A DNA stretch of 54,708 nucleotides from a virus (taxonomy: Duplodnaviria > Caudoviricetes), in IMG/VR virus record IMGVR_UViG_3300033415_000003, positions 1-54,708 of that record; one strand, written 5' to 3'. Made by a program: the position numbers and the translations under genes. Every line of letters begins with the position of its first letter. Position 1 is the first letter of the stretch. This document shows positions 17,092-27,077 of the stretch, in pieces. The notes beneath the pieces were generated by a model, which was not told where the DNA came from, did not search any database, and worked only from the letters and a program-made list of their open reading frames with translations.

Positions 17092-17167
17092 TGTGTTATT
17101 ATTTTAAATTATTTATAATGCAAAAATAATATAAATTTACGAATTAAAAAAATCTTTATGAAACTTT

Positions 17168-17725
17168 TTAATGAAAAGTTTCATTGTATTTTCTTATGGC
17201 ATTGTTAATAACATCATCATGATGAAACGCCCATACATTAGGATCAGAAAATAATCCATCATTAGATAATAATTCTACATCCAACCACATTACATCATCC
17301 ACCTCATCATTTTTAAATGATTCAACTTCTAATGGAAGGCCATCAGCATATTCATAAACAAACATGTAAATTAGAGTTACATTTTGTCGGGCATCCCTGC
17401 TTGGATCACTGCTGACCTTTATTGGTTCTTCGTTATTGTTATAAACCTGCCAATATCTATTTTCTAAAACGTCAAATCCTGTCTCTTCAATTGTTTCTCT
17501 TAATACGGCATCATAAGCACTTTCATCCCAATCAAGATAGCCAGAAACAACAGCCCATTTTCCTGGGCAATCCATCTTTGCAGATCGTTTCTCAACAAGT
17601 ACATACATTTTATCATTATGTTCGGCTAAATGTACTCCTACTACTGCTACTGATCTAGAAATCCAATATGTTTTGCCGTCAACTTTTATTTCTTCATTTT
17701 GACGATTATTAAATTTTTTTGTCAT
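17168..17725 (-). CDS. Nudix hydrolase
   Basis: Nudix box GYLDWDESAYDAVLRETIEETG; WAFHHD. Confidence 0.92.
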   Translation of the reverse strand: MTKKFNNRQNEEIKVDGKTYWISRSVAVVGVHLAEHNDKMYVLVEKRSAKMDCPGKWAVVSGYLDWDESAYDAVLRETIEETGFDVLENRYWQVYNNNEEPIKVSSDPSRDARQNVTLIYMFVYEYADGLPLEVESFKNDEVDDVMWLDVELLSNDGLFSDPNVWAFHHDDVINNAIRKYNETFH

Positions 17726-17946
17726 ACTACTTCAGTTGTTAATATATTTATAGTTCGTTGTAACTCTTCTTCTGATCTAATTAAATGAGAAAATATCACC
17801 ACATTACCAGTTCTTTTTGTCTCATAACAATTTTGACATGCCATTTCTATACCTAAAGATGGTACACCCCATAAAATTCCAGCTCTTCCATCTTTGGCCC
17901 CACAAATCTTACACTCATTATATTGCATTTTCATATTTACCAACAT
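17722..17946 (-). CDS. small zinc-finger protein
   Basis: CKICG...CQNC. Confidence 0.6.
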   Translation of the reverse strand: MLVNMKMQYNECKICGAKDGRAGILWGVPSLGIEMACQNCYETKRTGNVVIFSHLIRSEEELQRTINILTTEVV

Positions 17947-18170
17947 ATTGTTATAGTTGTACCATCTTTTTGATTATATTCAGCTTTTAATTTATAACCA
18001 TCATATTCTAATTTAGACTTTACTTCAATCTTTATTGGCTCATAATAATACGTGTAAAGATTACCTATGTTAGATGCTTTTTTAATTAAATTAATAATTT
18101 CAAGATATTGTCTTGATGATTCTGTATTAATTGCTGCATGTGCAATAACTCTTGCTTCTTTTGCGTTCAT
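17937..18170 (-). CDS. hypothetical protein
   Basis: ORF. Confidence 0.6.
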   Translation of the reverse strand: MNAKEARVIAHAAINTESSRQYLEIINLIKKASNIGNLYTYYYEPIKIEVKSKLEYDGYKLKAEYNQKDGTTITICW

Positions 18171-18370
18171 AATATATTTGTAAGTTTAGTTTTTATTGCT
18201 TCTAAATTTTTATTTCGAGACAACTCAGATAAAAAACTAATTAAAATTAAATCACCTTTTTTTGTCGTAAACTTTAGCGAAGGTGGTTTTAATATATCAT
18301 CTACTTTCTGAACAGCAATTATTTTGCTTAAATTAACACAACCTTCTTCGAAAAATATCCAATTTTCCAT
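18167..18370 (-). CDS. hypothetical protein
   Basis: ORF. Confidence 0.55.
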   Translation of the reverse strand: MENWIFFEEGCVNLSKIIAVQKVDDILKPPSLKFTTKKGDLILISFLSELSRNKNLEAIKTKLTNIL

Positions 18371-18375
18371 ATATT

Positions 18376-18978
18376 CTATGATTTACTTAAATTAATAAAT
18401 TCTTCTGACTTCATCCACTTTTTATGTTCCAATGAATATACTTCATCTACTGATTCGATAATAGGCAAACAATGGGTAGCAATAATTAACTGAACATTAT
18501 TTGATACCGATATTTTAATTTCTTCTGCTATTTTATACTGATTCTTTAATGATAATGCAGATTCTGGCTCATCTAAAAAAAGTACACAATCTTTAGCTTC
18601 ACGTATTCTATTTACGGTAAATTCTCTTAATACTTCGCCATGTGACATAAATCTTGAACGCAAAGCTCCACCGTACCCAATTCCTCTAGATGATCCGTCT
18701 GGATTAGAATATAACTCAGGATCAACAACTCTAGGATTCATTTTTTCTGAGTCAAAATAATATGTTTGAACTCCTTCTATATGAGCTTCTTTTGATAATT
18801 TGCATCTTAATAATTTATTATTATCTCTAAGAAGATTAAGTAACGTACTTTTACCACATCCTTGTTCCCCAACAAGCAATGTAACATTTTTTAACTCAAT
18901 AAATAAACCCTTTTCTAATACATATTTATCTCCAAGTAAAGTAATACTCTGAAGATATAATTCTTTATTTTTTTCCAT
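18376..18978 (-). CDS. stand-alone ABC-type ATPase (SHGE signature)
   Basis: GEQGCGKST, SHGE, LFLDEPESALS, IATH; start MEKNKE preferred. Confidence 0.85.
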   Translation of the reverse strand: MEKNKELYLQSITLLGDKYVLEKGLFIELKNVTLLVGEQGCGKSTLLNLLRDNNKLLRCKLSKEAHIEGVQTYYFDSEKMNPRVVDPELYSNPDGSSRGIGYGGALRSRFMSHGEVLREFTVNRIREAKDCVLFLDEPESALSLKNQYKIAEEIKISVSNNVQLIIATHCLPIIESVDEVYSLEHKKWMKSEEFINLSKS

Positions 18979-19005
18979 ATCGTAATAAAATATATCTATA
19001 TCCAA

Positions 19006-19095
19006 ACAGACTATATTCAGAAAGCGTCTGATCAATTATTTTAATTAATATATGAATTACTATTAATAAATAAAAGACATCACTCAGACACCTCT
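19006..19095. repeat. TCWGA-phased intergenic element B
   Basis: ACAGA-N6-TCAGA-N5-TCTGA ... TCAGA. Confidence 0.5.
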
Positions 19096-19096
19096 A

Positions 19097-19309
19097 TTAA
19101 ATTGTGCCAATATTAAGAAATTTAATATCATCTTGAAATGATATGTCAGCATTACTATCATTTCCAAAATAAGGATTAGATATTTCTTTTATCATATTAT
19201 GTGTAATGCCATATTGGTGATCTTTACCATCATGTGTTATTACAATAGGTAAGTTAGGATCGAGATTTTGCAGTTCTTCAATTAAATCTTTTACTCTTAA
19301 ATTTTTCAT
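19097..19309 (-). CDS. hypothetical protein
   Basis: Common phage VKDLIEELQNLDPN start. Confidence 0.6.
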   Translation of the reverse strand: MKNLRVKDLIEELQNLDPNLPIVITHDGKDHQYGITHNMIKEISNPYFGNDSNADISFQDDIKFLNIGTI

Positions 19310-20454
19310 AATCCGTAAATATGTTTTCTTATTTTAATAAGTAAGTCATTTGTCAATTTAGGGTTAACTTGAGATGGAAGATTACATTTTTCATAGGTTT
19401 CATCCATTTGTTTCATTAAATTTTCAGCCTCTGTAAGAAGTGTATCGAATTCATAATCTCCTTTTTTTATGGAAAGTAAACGTTTTACTTCTTCGGGATT
19501 TCTTCTTACTATAATTCCTTTGCCTTCTGCAATTTCCTTTGCCATGGTTAACAGCCTAATTGTGTGTAACATATTTTTTCCGTCATATTTCTTACCATGG
19601 CTGTTGTTCATCTTGACTCTATTAGGATTACGTTCTTTCAACCAAGTCTGATATTCAGCATATCGTTTACAATGAGTAGAATATCCATCTTTATTGAATA
19701 CAAGAACCCCTTTATATAAAGCATTCTTAGAGAATGAAGTGAGCTGAACATCATTTGCTGTTTCTTCATTAGAAACTATACCACCATAATTTACATTACT
19801 TGTTTCTGGCTCATCAGCAATGTCATAAATTCCATAACAATCTTTTGCATGATCTATCTTTGATAGTCCAAAATCTTTTTGTGTAAACTCCCCCGCAAAA
19901 TTCTCCCTTAATCTTTTTCGAGCAGTATCATTAAGTTTATTAATCCAATCGTTGACCGGCATCGATCCATTTCCGTCTTCTTTAAGAACATAACAAAAAT
20001 CAAGAACTGTCTTTCTTGTCATTTCTCCTTCTTCCCAGTTCATTTTCTTATTAAGACCTCTTGCTTTCTTAATTTGTTCCATTGCATATCCACCAAATGT
20101 CCAACGACATTTTTTGGTAAGTAATTCATCAATATTTTCAAATATTACATGCATAATTGGATTGCTTATAAGTATACAATCCAATGGAGCATTAAGTAAT
20201 TCCAAAATATTTGGATTATTAGTTTGCAATAATTCTAAGAATCTACGTATTTCATAATATGTTGTGTCATTACTTGAATCAGAAACTTGATCAACATATC
20301 CCATTCCTAGTATGGAATCTAGTGGTTGTATATAAATTCCGCGTATATCAACGTCTGATTCGGGCGTATTAGTTCCATAGGCAATACTGCCCATGATTGC
20401 AGAAAAAATGATTAAACCTTGTTCTTCTAAATCTTTTATTGTTAATGTTGCCAT
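19306..20454 (-). CDS. Pol-beta superfamily nucleotidyltransferase (YcgL/RlaP/NrdC.11-like)
   Basis: GSIAYGTNTPESDVDIRGIY, NNPNILELL, YDGKNMLHTIRLL. Confidence 0.88.
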   Translation of the reverse strand: MATLTIKDLEEQGLIIFSAIMGSIAYGTNTPESDVDIRGIYIQPLDSILGMGYVDQVSDSSNDTTYYEIRRFLELLQTNNPNILELLNAPLDCILISNPIMHVIFENIDELLTKKCRWTFGGYAMEQIKKARGLNKKMNWEEGEMTRKTVLDFCYVLKEDGNGSMPVNDWINKLNDTARKRLRENFAGEFTQKDFGLSKIDHAKDCYGIYDIADEPETSNVNYGGIVSNEETANDVQLTSFSKNALYKGVLVFNKDGYSTHCKRYAEYQTWLKERNPNRVKMNNSHGKKYDGKNMLHTIRLLTMAKEIAEGKGIIVRRNPEEVKRLLSIKKGDYEFDTLLTEAENLMKQMDETYEKCNLPSQVNPKLTNDLLIKIRKHIYGL

Positions 20455-20704
20455 TTAATATATTTTATATGTTATAAGTTTTTCAACAATTGGAGCGGAA
20501 TATCGTATGCTAACAACTAAACCGCCGATAAGTAATAAAAACTGAATACTAGAGTTATGACCATGCAAATGTTGTTAAATGATCCAAATAATCCAACTAT
20601 TTCAGCTTCTACATCAATGGCATCAACTAAAATAAGATACCATCCTCTGATATACATTAATATTAAAACTATACCAGCTAAAATTAATAACAATTCTCCT
20701 ATTG

Positions 20705-21172
20705 TCATGCTATTATATTTAATGATTTTACTTCACTTATTGCGCATTCTATTGCCTTTTTTCTTGTATCATAATAATCATCAGAATATTGACAAAATTT
20801 ATATTGATTCCATACATCTCCATTAAATATATGTCTAATTTCGATATCATAATAAGGTGTGTTTATGCTTTCGTACACTTTTCCTTCCCCTGGTTCAGGA
20901 AATTTTACAGTTATGTCTAATCTATATTTTTCTCTGAAGAAATCTATAGCTTGTTGCCATAAAGGTGCTTTTATTGTAGTATTAAAATCAGTAAAAGCAA
21001 TATTTTTTGTTTCCTTTCCTCTATACTCAGCTTCTTCTTTTGACATTAACTTTACAGGATTATTAACATCCCATGTAGTATTATCATAAAAATATTTAAA
21101 ACAATCTTTATCAAAGCCTAATACCTTAAGGCTTAAAGCTATATCTGATGTTACAAATTCTTTATCTAACAT
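20705..21172 (-). CDS. phage hypothetical protein, APLWQQ family paralog 1
   Basis: EFVT..IA..LK.LGF...C...APLWQQAIDFFR. Confidence 0.7.
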   Translation of the reverse strand: MLDKEFVTSDIALSLKVLGFDKDCFKYFYDNTTWDVNNPVKLMSKEEAEYRGKETKNIAFTDFNTTIKAPLWQQAIDFFREKYRLDITVKFPEPGEGKVYESINTPYYDIEIRHIFNGDVWNQYKFCQYSDDYYDTRKKAIECAISEVKSLNIIA

Positions 21173-21321
21173 AATATTAAGATGAAAAGCATTAACACAT
21201 AAATAAATATTGCAAAATATATAAGTATTTTATTTAAATACTTTTCATCTATGATTTTAAATTCAAAATCATTAAATTCAAAATCTTCAAAATAATCATT
21301 AATGCTTTTCATATTAACACG

Positions 21322-21951
21322 TTATTTTAATAAAGTATCAACCATCTTAATAATATCCTCTATGGCTCCGGATTGAGGTGCAATAAGTCCAACAAACATA
21401 GTTTGTAAATTTACAAAGAACACAATAAATAATGCAATCGAAGATATCAAGCTTGATATAAGCATAAATACCCATTGTGGCTTCCATGTAAGTCTTCCCC
21501 ATTCGTCTGCTCGAGTTTTAAGAAGTTTATCATCAGACATATTAACTATTCTGTATGAAAATATGCCAAAAATAATAGCAAATAAACCAACAAATAAATA
21601 ACTTATAGATATAGCAAGATGTTTTAGAGTTAATACTCGATATACTTCTGCTACTGTAGTTTTTAAAGTTTGTGCAAGTACTACTAATCCTGCTTCTAAT
21701 TTTGGAGCAGCATACTTTATAATTTTATTAGCATCGTCGTAAAGAGTACCTAGAACACCTTTACCATCGGCATATGCGGTAGCAACTATAGCTTGTGCAT
21801 CTTGGTGAAGGGTAGAAATGGCATCCTTTGTATCAGAATGTAAAGCAGTTACTTCACTGCCTACTCCATTAATAACTTTGTCAGTAGTTGTCTGACCGTA
21901 TGACATTATTGTTGTCATAATAAGAACTAAAGATAAGATAATTGTTTTCAT
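21322..21951 (-). CDS. membrane protein with signal peptide
   Basis: Signal-like N-terminus, two TM helices. Confidence 0.7.
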   Translation of the reverse strand: MKTIILSLVLIMTTIMSYGQTTTDKVINGVGSEVTALHSDTKDAISTLHQDAQAIVATAYADGKGVLGTLYDDANKIIKYAAPKLEAGLVVLAQTLKTTVAEVYRVLTLKHLAISISYLFVGLFAIIFGIFSYRIVNMSDDKLLKTRADEWGRLTWKPQWVFMLISSLISSIALFIVFFVNLQTMFVGLIAPQSGAIEDIIKMVDTLLK

Positions 21952-22724
21952 TAGATAATTGAGTTTGTGCTATCCCATTGGGTAACGATTAGAAAAAATA
22001 TTTCATTAGTGCCTTTTGATTTAAATGGCAATATAACTATAGGGTCTTCTGCGCAAGGAAAAATACATTTTGATTTAATTCCATCAAAATTGATAAGTTC
22101 TCTACTGTTACTAATCATAACATTATTAAGATTAAACAAATTAAGAGGAGCTACTATCATAGCCTTTGACTTTGGTGATACATTACCATCTACTATACTT
22201 TGAAATTTTCCTGCTGTTAACGTAGTGTAGTGTGATGCAAACTCATCAAATGGAAATTCTTCTATTTCTTTTATATTTTTCATTGGAATTTGACCAATAA
22301 AAAATTTTGAATCGCCAAAATAAAGATTATGCTTATTGCAAAGATTGCTAAGTTGATTATATCCTATGATATTTTTTTTATACTTATCCTTTATTTTTTT
22401 TAATTCATTAATAGTCTCCATCGTTAATCCAGCATTATATAAATTTGTTTGATTTTGCTGGTATTCTTTCATATTCTTAGCTTCATTGAAGCCTAAATTA
22501 TCAAGTATGGTATGCTGTTTGGGAGAAATAGTTCGTTCTGCATCTTCATGCGATTGAAGTACTAGCTGTCTTTTTTCAGCAACTTTCTCAAATAATCCAT
22601 CTAAATTATCTTGGTATGATGATATATCATCCAATAACTGTGCGTTTTTTGTACTCATAAATTCTGTAGTTAATATCGTTAATTTTTTCTTTTCTTTTTT
22701 TATTTTTCTCAATCGATTCTTCAA
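21951..22724 (-). CDS. hypothetical protein
   Basis: ORF; true start probably internal. Confidence 0.65.
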   Translation of the reverse strand: MKNRLRKIKKEKKKLTILTTEFMSTKNAQLLDDISSYQDNLDGLFEKVAEKRQLVLQSHEDAERTISPKQHTILDNLGFNEAKNMKEYQQNQTNLYNAGLTMETINELKKIKDKYKKNIIGYNQLSNLCNKHNLYFGDSKFFIGQIPMKNIKEIEEFPFDEFASHYTTLTAGKFQSIVDGNVSPKSKAMIVAPLNLFNLNNVMISNSRELINFDGIKSKCIFPCAEDPIVILPFKSKGTNEIFFLIVTQWDSTNSII

Positions 22725-23103
22725 TATTCTGTTCTAAATTTACTATTATAATGTTTTCTATACCAAAATATTCACTACAATCATATGAAGTTAAACACCA
22801 TACACCAAGTATTAGAATATAAAAAAATATGAATGATTCTATAATAATAAGAGCTGATACATTACCAAATAAAGAAGTTAATGAAATTAAAAGTAAATAA
22901 AATAAAACATTTAATATTCTTGCAATATAAGAAATATAAGTATTTACATTATATGGTTTTGTAACATCCATTCGTATATTACCAATAAGTTTCAATACTA
23001 TTGCAACAAGTGCAATCCAAAAAAAAGAAACCGCCATTGTTAATTCATTTTCAGTTACTAATGTATTCCATGTACCAAATGATAAAAATTTTAGTGTCTC
23101 CAT
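22627..23103 (-). CDS. membrane protein
   Basis: About three hydrophobic segments. Confidence 0.6.
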   Translation of the reverse strand: METLKFLSFGTWNTLVTENELTMAVSFFWIALVAIVLKLIGNIRMDVTKPYNVNTYISYIARILNVLFYLLLISLTSLFGNVSALIIIESFIFFYILILGVWCLTSYDCSEYFGIENIIIVNLEQNIEESIEKNKKRKEKINDINYRIYEYKKRTVIG

Positions 23104-23132
23104 AATTAAATTATTTAAAAGTTAATATTATT

Positions 23133-23618
23133 TTATAAATTATATCTTTTTTTATATCGAGATATAGCAGTCAAAATAGCTTTTTCTCTTGCATCATCAT
23201 GATGTACTTCGGTTGGGCCGTATGTATAACTTGACATTAAACTATCTGCTGTCCAATCTTTTATAATATATCTAAAAAATGGATCATCATCATCTAATTC
23301 TTGATCATCTTCTACCCAAATCCATAAATCTAATGTTCTTAACCATTTAATAGCTTGTTGCCATAATGGTGCAGTAATATTAGCGCATTTTCTTAATACT
23401 TGTTTTCCATTTGGCAATGAATACACCATAAATGGATAATTAGTAATACACAATTGTAAAGTATCTTCGTCTACATCAGTATTATAATTTTGAAGCCACT
23501 TATTTTTTTTAGCAAACCAAAGTTTTTTATTTTCTTTGAACATTGCTATACATGGCAAGTTAAAGCCTAAATCTTTAAGTTCTTCAGCTATTTTGTATGT
23601 TACAAATTCTTCTTCCAT
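23133..23618 (-). CDS. phage hypothetical protein, APLWQQ family paralog 2
   Basis: EEFVTYKIAEELKDLGF..PC...APLWQQAIKWLR. Confidence 0.7.
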   Translation of the reverse strand: MEEEFVTYKIAEELKDLGFNLPCIAMFKENKKLWFAKKNKWLQNYNTDVDEDTLQLCITNYPFMVYSLPNGKQVLRKCANITAPLWQQAIKWLRTLDLWIWVEDDQELDDDDPFFRYIIKDWTADSLMSSYTYGPTEVHHDDAREKAILTAISRYKKRYNL

Positions 23619-23620
23619 AA

Positions 23621-23968
23621 TTAGCTTAATCTAAATGTTAAAAATATAAAATTAATAATATTTTTTTCATCGTAATCTTCGATTTCTTTCAAAAAATCTT
23701 GCCTATTCTTATAAAGTTTTTCTTCTCCTAATTCTACTTCATCGTAATCTTCGATTCTATGATTTACTCTTGATATTGTAATGGTATCAGCAATAAATAT
23801 ACGATTAATAATACTTGTGATATTAGTTGACAAAAAATGTTCTCTTTCAATAAAGGGAGTTCTAGTATTATCAACATTATCAGTATACGTAGTTGCAAGC
23901 TTATATAATTTTTTTATTAAAGCATTACGAACATCAGCCGTGAAATTGTAATAATCATATTTTTCCAT
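23621..23968 (-). CDS. hypothetical protein
   Basis: ORF. Confidence 0.6.
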   Translation of the reverse strand: MEKYDYYNFTADVRNALIKKLYKLATTYTDNVDNTRTPFIEREHFLSTNITSIINRIFIADTITISRVNHRIEDYDEVELGEEKLYKNRQDFLKEIEDYDEKNIINFIFLTFRLS

Positions 23969-23974
23969 AACATT

Positions 23975-25171
23975 CTAAAAATTAAAATATTCTTTAGATA
24001 ACGCAATTATATCAGATTTTGCTCGCATTTGAAATCTTGCGGCTGAAATTGGTTCTTTTTTCCACCCCAATAACATTTCTCCATTATGACAAGTTTGAAT
24101 GTATTTATATATAATGTCTACTTGAAGTGCATTCATATATACTGCAGTAGAACCAATTTTATAATTAAGCGTGCCACCATAATCTATCATATCTCCATGA
24201 ACTTTTACCCAGCCATTTTGATCTAACCAAGAATCTGGAGTTGGAATTAGACCGGCTTCATCGGGTACAGATGGAATTAATCCTTTTTTCTGTAATGCAT
24301 CTGCCAGTTGAATATGCAACATATTTGCTATCTCACCGTTTAAAGCGTAATAATCACCTGATGGGCTAAGCCATCCTGCTGACCAATTATCCAATATATT
24401 AACTCTATCAATTCCCTTTGACATTGCAGCATCTATAGCTCTTGCAGCATCTATATACATTTGCAAACCTTTATCTTCTGTTTCAACTTTGAAATTCAAG
24501 TTCAAAGTTTCCTGCATTAGTTGCATCAATGTTATAATATTATCTGATATATTTCCTTTAATACTAAGATACGAGTGAAAATTATCAAATCCATGATCAA
24601 ATTCACTCCAATTATCACACATCCAAATAATAGTATCTTTTATACCAGATGAAAATTTTATAAATGCTTTAGATGTATTAATTAATGATGTAATATGATC
24701 AATTTCTGAATTAAGTTTTAATTCCTCAAGAAGATATTTATCTTCACCTGCAATGAATTTAAAAATACTATTATATTCAATAGATGGGTGAAACATATAT
24801 CCATCTCTGCTTATAGTATATTTAAGTTTACTCCATTCATCAATCAATTCATCACAATGTTTAGATATTTGACGTTCTTTTGTTTCCATAAAATATAATG
24901 GATCTATTTTAGGGAATATATGATCATGAAATTCAGGAATTCTATTCATAGGTATAACTGATTGATCTTCTTCGTCAACAATTAAAACTATATCTCCTTT
25001 TATAATTTTAATGGCCATTTCAGTTGTGCAACCATGTAAGCTATCAGTAATAAACTTAATAGCTTTAATCGGGTCATTTTTATAAATAAGTATTTCTTGC
25101 GCAATTTGCATGATACGAATACCAAACTCTTCCCCTATAGTAAAACTTATTGTTCCTGAATTTTCCATCAA
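23975..25171 (-). CDS. hypothetical protein (GWLSPSG...H...GWVKVH motifs)
   Basis: Long ORF. Confidence 0.75.
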   Translation of the reverse strand: MMENSGTISFTIGEEFGIRIMQIAQEILIYKNDPIKAIKFITDSLHGCTTEMAIKIIKGDIVLIVDEEDQSVIPMNRIPEFHDHIFPKIDPLYFMETKERQISKHCDELIDEWSKLKYTISRDGYMFHPSIEYNSIFKFIAGEDKYLLEELKLNSEIDHITSLINTSKAFIKFSSGIKDTIIWMCDNWSEFDHGFDNFHSYLSIKGNISDNIITLMQLMQETLNLNFKVETEDKGLQMYIDAARAIDAAMSKGIDRVNILDNWSAGWLSPSGDYYALNGEIANMLHIQLADALQKKGLIPSVPDEAGLIPTPDSWLDQNGWVKVHGDMIDYGGTLNYKIGSTAVYMNALQVDIIYKYIQTCHNGEMLLGWKKEPISAARFQMRAKSDIIALSKEYFNF

Positions 25172-25210
25172 TTTTTAATTTGTTATATAATTTAATATGA
25201 TTATCTTTTT

Positions 25211-25405
25211 CTAATATTTTCTTGACGTATGTTTTGCGATATTTATATCAATTCGTTTTTCACTATTAATGATTTGTAACCATCTATGCATAACATCAAT
25301 CTCATATTCAGTAAGATTGTTTGTAATTATTTTGTGTAATTCTCGTGTAAATCCACAATCACGAGAGACATTAATCATTTCAGATAATATATTGCTATTT
25401 GGCAT
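25211..25405 (-). CDS. hypothetical protein
   Basis: ORF. Confidence 0.5.
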   Translation of the reverse strand: MPNSNILSEMINVSRDCGFTRELHKIITNNLTEYEIDVMHRWLQIINSEKRIDINIAKHTSRKY

Positions 25406-25441
25406 AATTTTAAAATGTAATACAGTTTTATTTTCTAAATT

Positions 25442-26377
25442 TTAAAATATTAAAGATGCTTTGGTTTCCCATCTATTATAAAGTTTACAATTTTCACGAA
25501 GTATTAAATATTTGTATGTATCTTTTACTTCTTCATTCATGCAGTCAGTATCAATAACAACGGACATTTCTTTTACATTGTATATTTCTGGTCCAAATGG
25601 AAGTATGCCAAGCTTGGTATGCAGTTTAACATATTCTACTAATTTATCATAAAATAATGTTGATGAATTAGATTCAATCCATTTATCAATATCATTGTTT
25701 AATTCTGATTTGTATAGTTTTCTAAATGTAATTTGGTCTGCACCTAATTCATTACATCTATTAATAACTTCAAAGACATCATAATCGTCATAATCTTTTA
25801 TAAGATTTAAAGATAGTCTTACATTAAAGTCTAGCTGCTTAACTTTTTTGATAACGTCAAATACATTGAACTTTAATTTTTCATCACAGCCTATAAGTTC
25901 TAAATTTCTATCATTGTCAAAAATATTAGATATAGAAAATGATATAGTGGTAATGCCTAAGCGTCTTAGTTCATCTAGTTTTTTTCTGGATTCATATTCA
26001 TCGTCAGTTGTTAACATAACTCCTGTTGTTTGCATTTCGATACATTTAAATGGAGTTTTTAATGTTGAATTAATATAAGAAAAGAATTTAAGAAATTTTG
26101 GATTTTGTATAGGTTCGCCTGTTCCAGTTAATACTATTACATTACATCCATTATCTCGCGCAAATTGTAATCTATTAAAATAATCAATATATGGTTGTTC
26201 AATATATGTAAGATCATCATATTTCATGTCCCTATATTTTTGATCTTTATAAGAGTATGAAATACTATTAATACGATCATCGTAAGGATTTGTATGAGTT
26301 CTACTTACACAAAATTTACAAGAGTTTACACATTTATTATGTGTTGGTACTACAAGAGAAAGACTTTGAATTTGCAT
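25442..26377 (-). CDS. radical SAM protein
   Basis: CVNSCKFC (CxxxCxxC), LTGTGEP, QTTG. Confidence 0.9.
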   Translation of the reverse strand: MQIQSLSLVVPTHNKCVNSCKFCVSRTHTNPYDDRINSISYSYKDQKYRDMKYDDLTYIEQPYIDYFNRLQFARDNGCNVIVLTGTGEPIQNPKFLKFFSYINSTLKTPFKCIEMQTTGVMLTTDDEYESRKKLDELRRLGITTISFSISNIFDNDRNLELIGCDEKLKFNVFDVIKKVKQLDFNVRLSLNLIKDYDDYDVFEVINRCNELGADQITFRKLYKSELNNDIDKWIESNSSTLFYDKLVEYVKLHTKLGILPFGPEIYNVKEMSVVIDTDCMNEEVKDTYKYLILRENCKLYNRWETKASLIF

Positions 26378-26413
26378 TAATCAATATTTAAAGATAGTGT
26401 TAATTATTTTCAA

Positions 26414-26752
26414 CTATCGATTCAATCTGAAATTTTCTTTCAGTTGGTCGGCAGACATTTTTGTATAACGATTAATCTTTTCATTGAAAATTTTAGTTTC
26501 CTGACCGATCCAATATTTCTCCGGCATTCTAGTTTCATACAACGAAAGATGTGATCTTCCGCGAGTTCCTGTTTTTGATAATGAACGGCCGGCAGCAATA
26601 TTTCTACCTGTAGATCTTGAGAAATTTTCTTTGGCTCCACATAAAGCAATACCTACCACAACATCATCGAATGTTGTGTCAAAGTATCCTGCAACTGTAA
26701 ATCTGCGACCATCAGATGTGGTGGCATGTCTAAAATAAATTCTTTTTTCCAT
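26414..26752 (-). CDS. phage hypothetical protein
   Basis: C..KENFSRSTGRNIA motif. Confidence 0.65.
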   Translation of the reverse strand: MEKRIYFRHATTSDGRRFTVAGYFDTTFDDVVVGIALCGAKENFSRSTGRNIAAGRSLSKTGTRGRSHLSLYETRMPEKYWIGQETKIFNEKINRYTKMSADQLKENFRLNR

Positions 26753-27077
26753 GTTAATTGTGATTTGTAATTAAAAATTAATGTATGTAAATATGATTTC
26801 AGGCAATGTAGTTAATTATTTTTTGATTTACCAATAGAGTAACCAAGCAAAGCGCCTAATCCAAATACAATAGCAAATCCTGCTGCAATAAGAAACTTTA
26901 TAAGAAATATTGTGGCAGGAATTAAAACATAAACTGCAAGAAATCCAAATACAATAATTCCTAAAATTACTAAGATAGTTGTTTTCATTTTTATAATTTA
27001 ATTATTTTAGGTAAAAATAATATAAAAAAACGAATTAAAGCAATACATTTAAAACTTTTTTAAAACTTTTTTAATTA

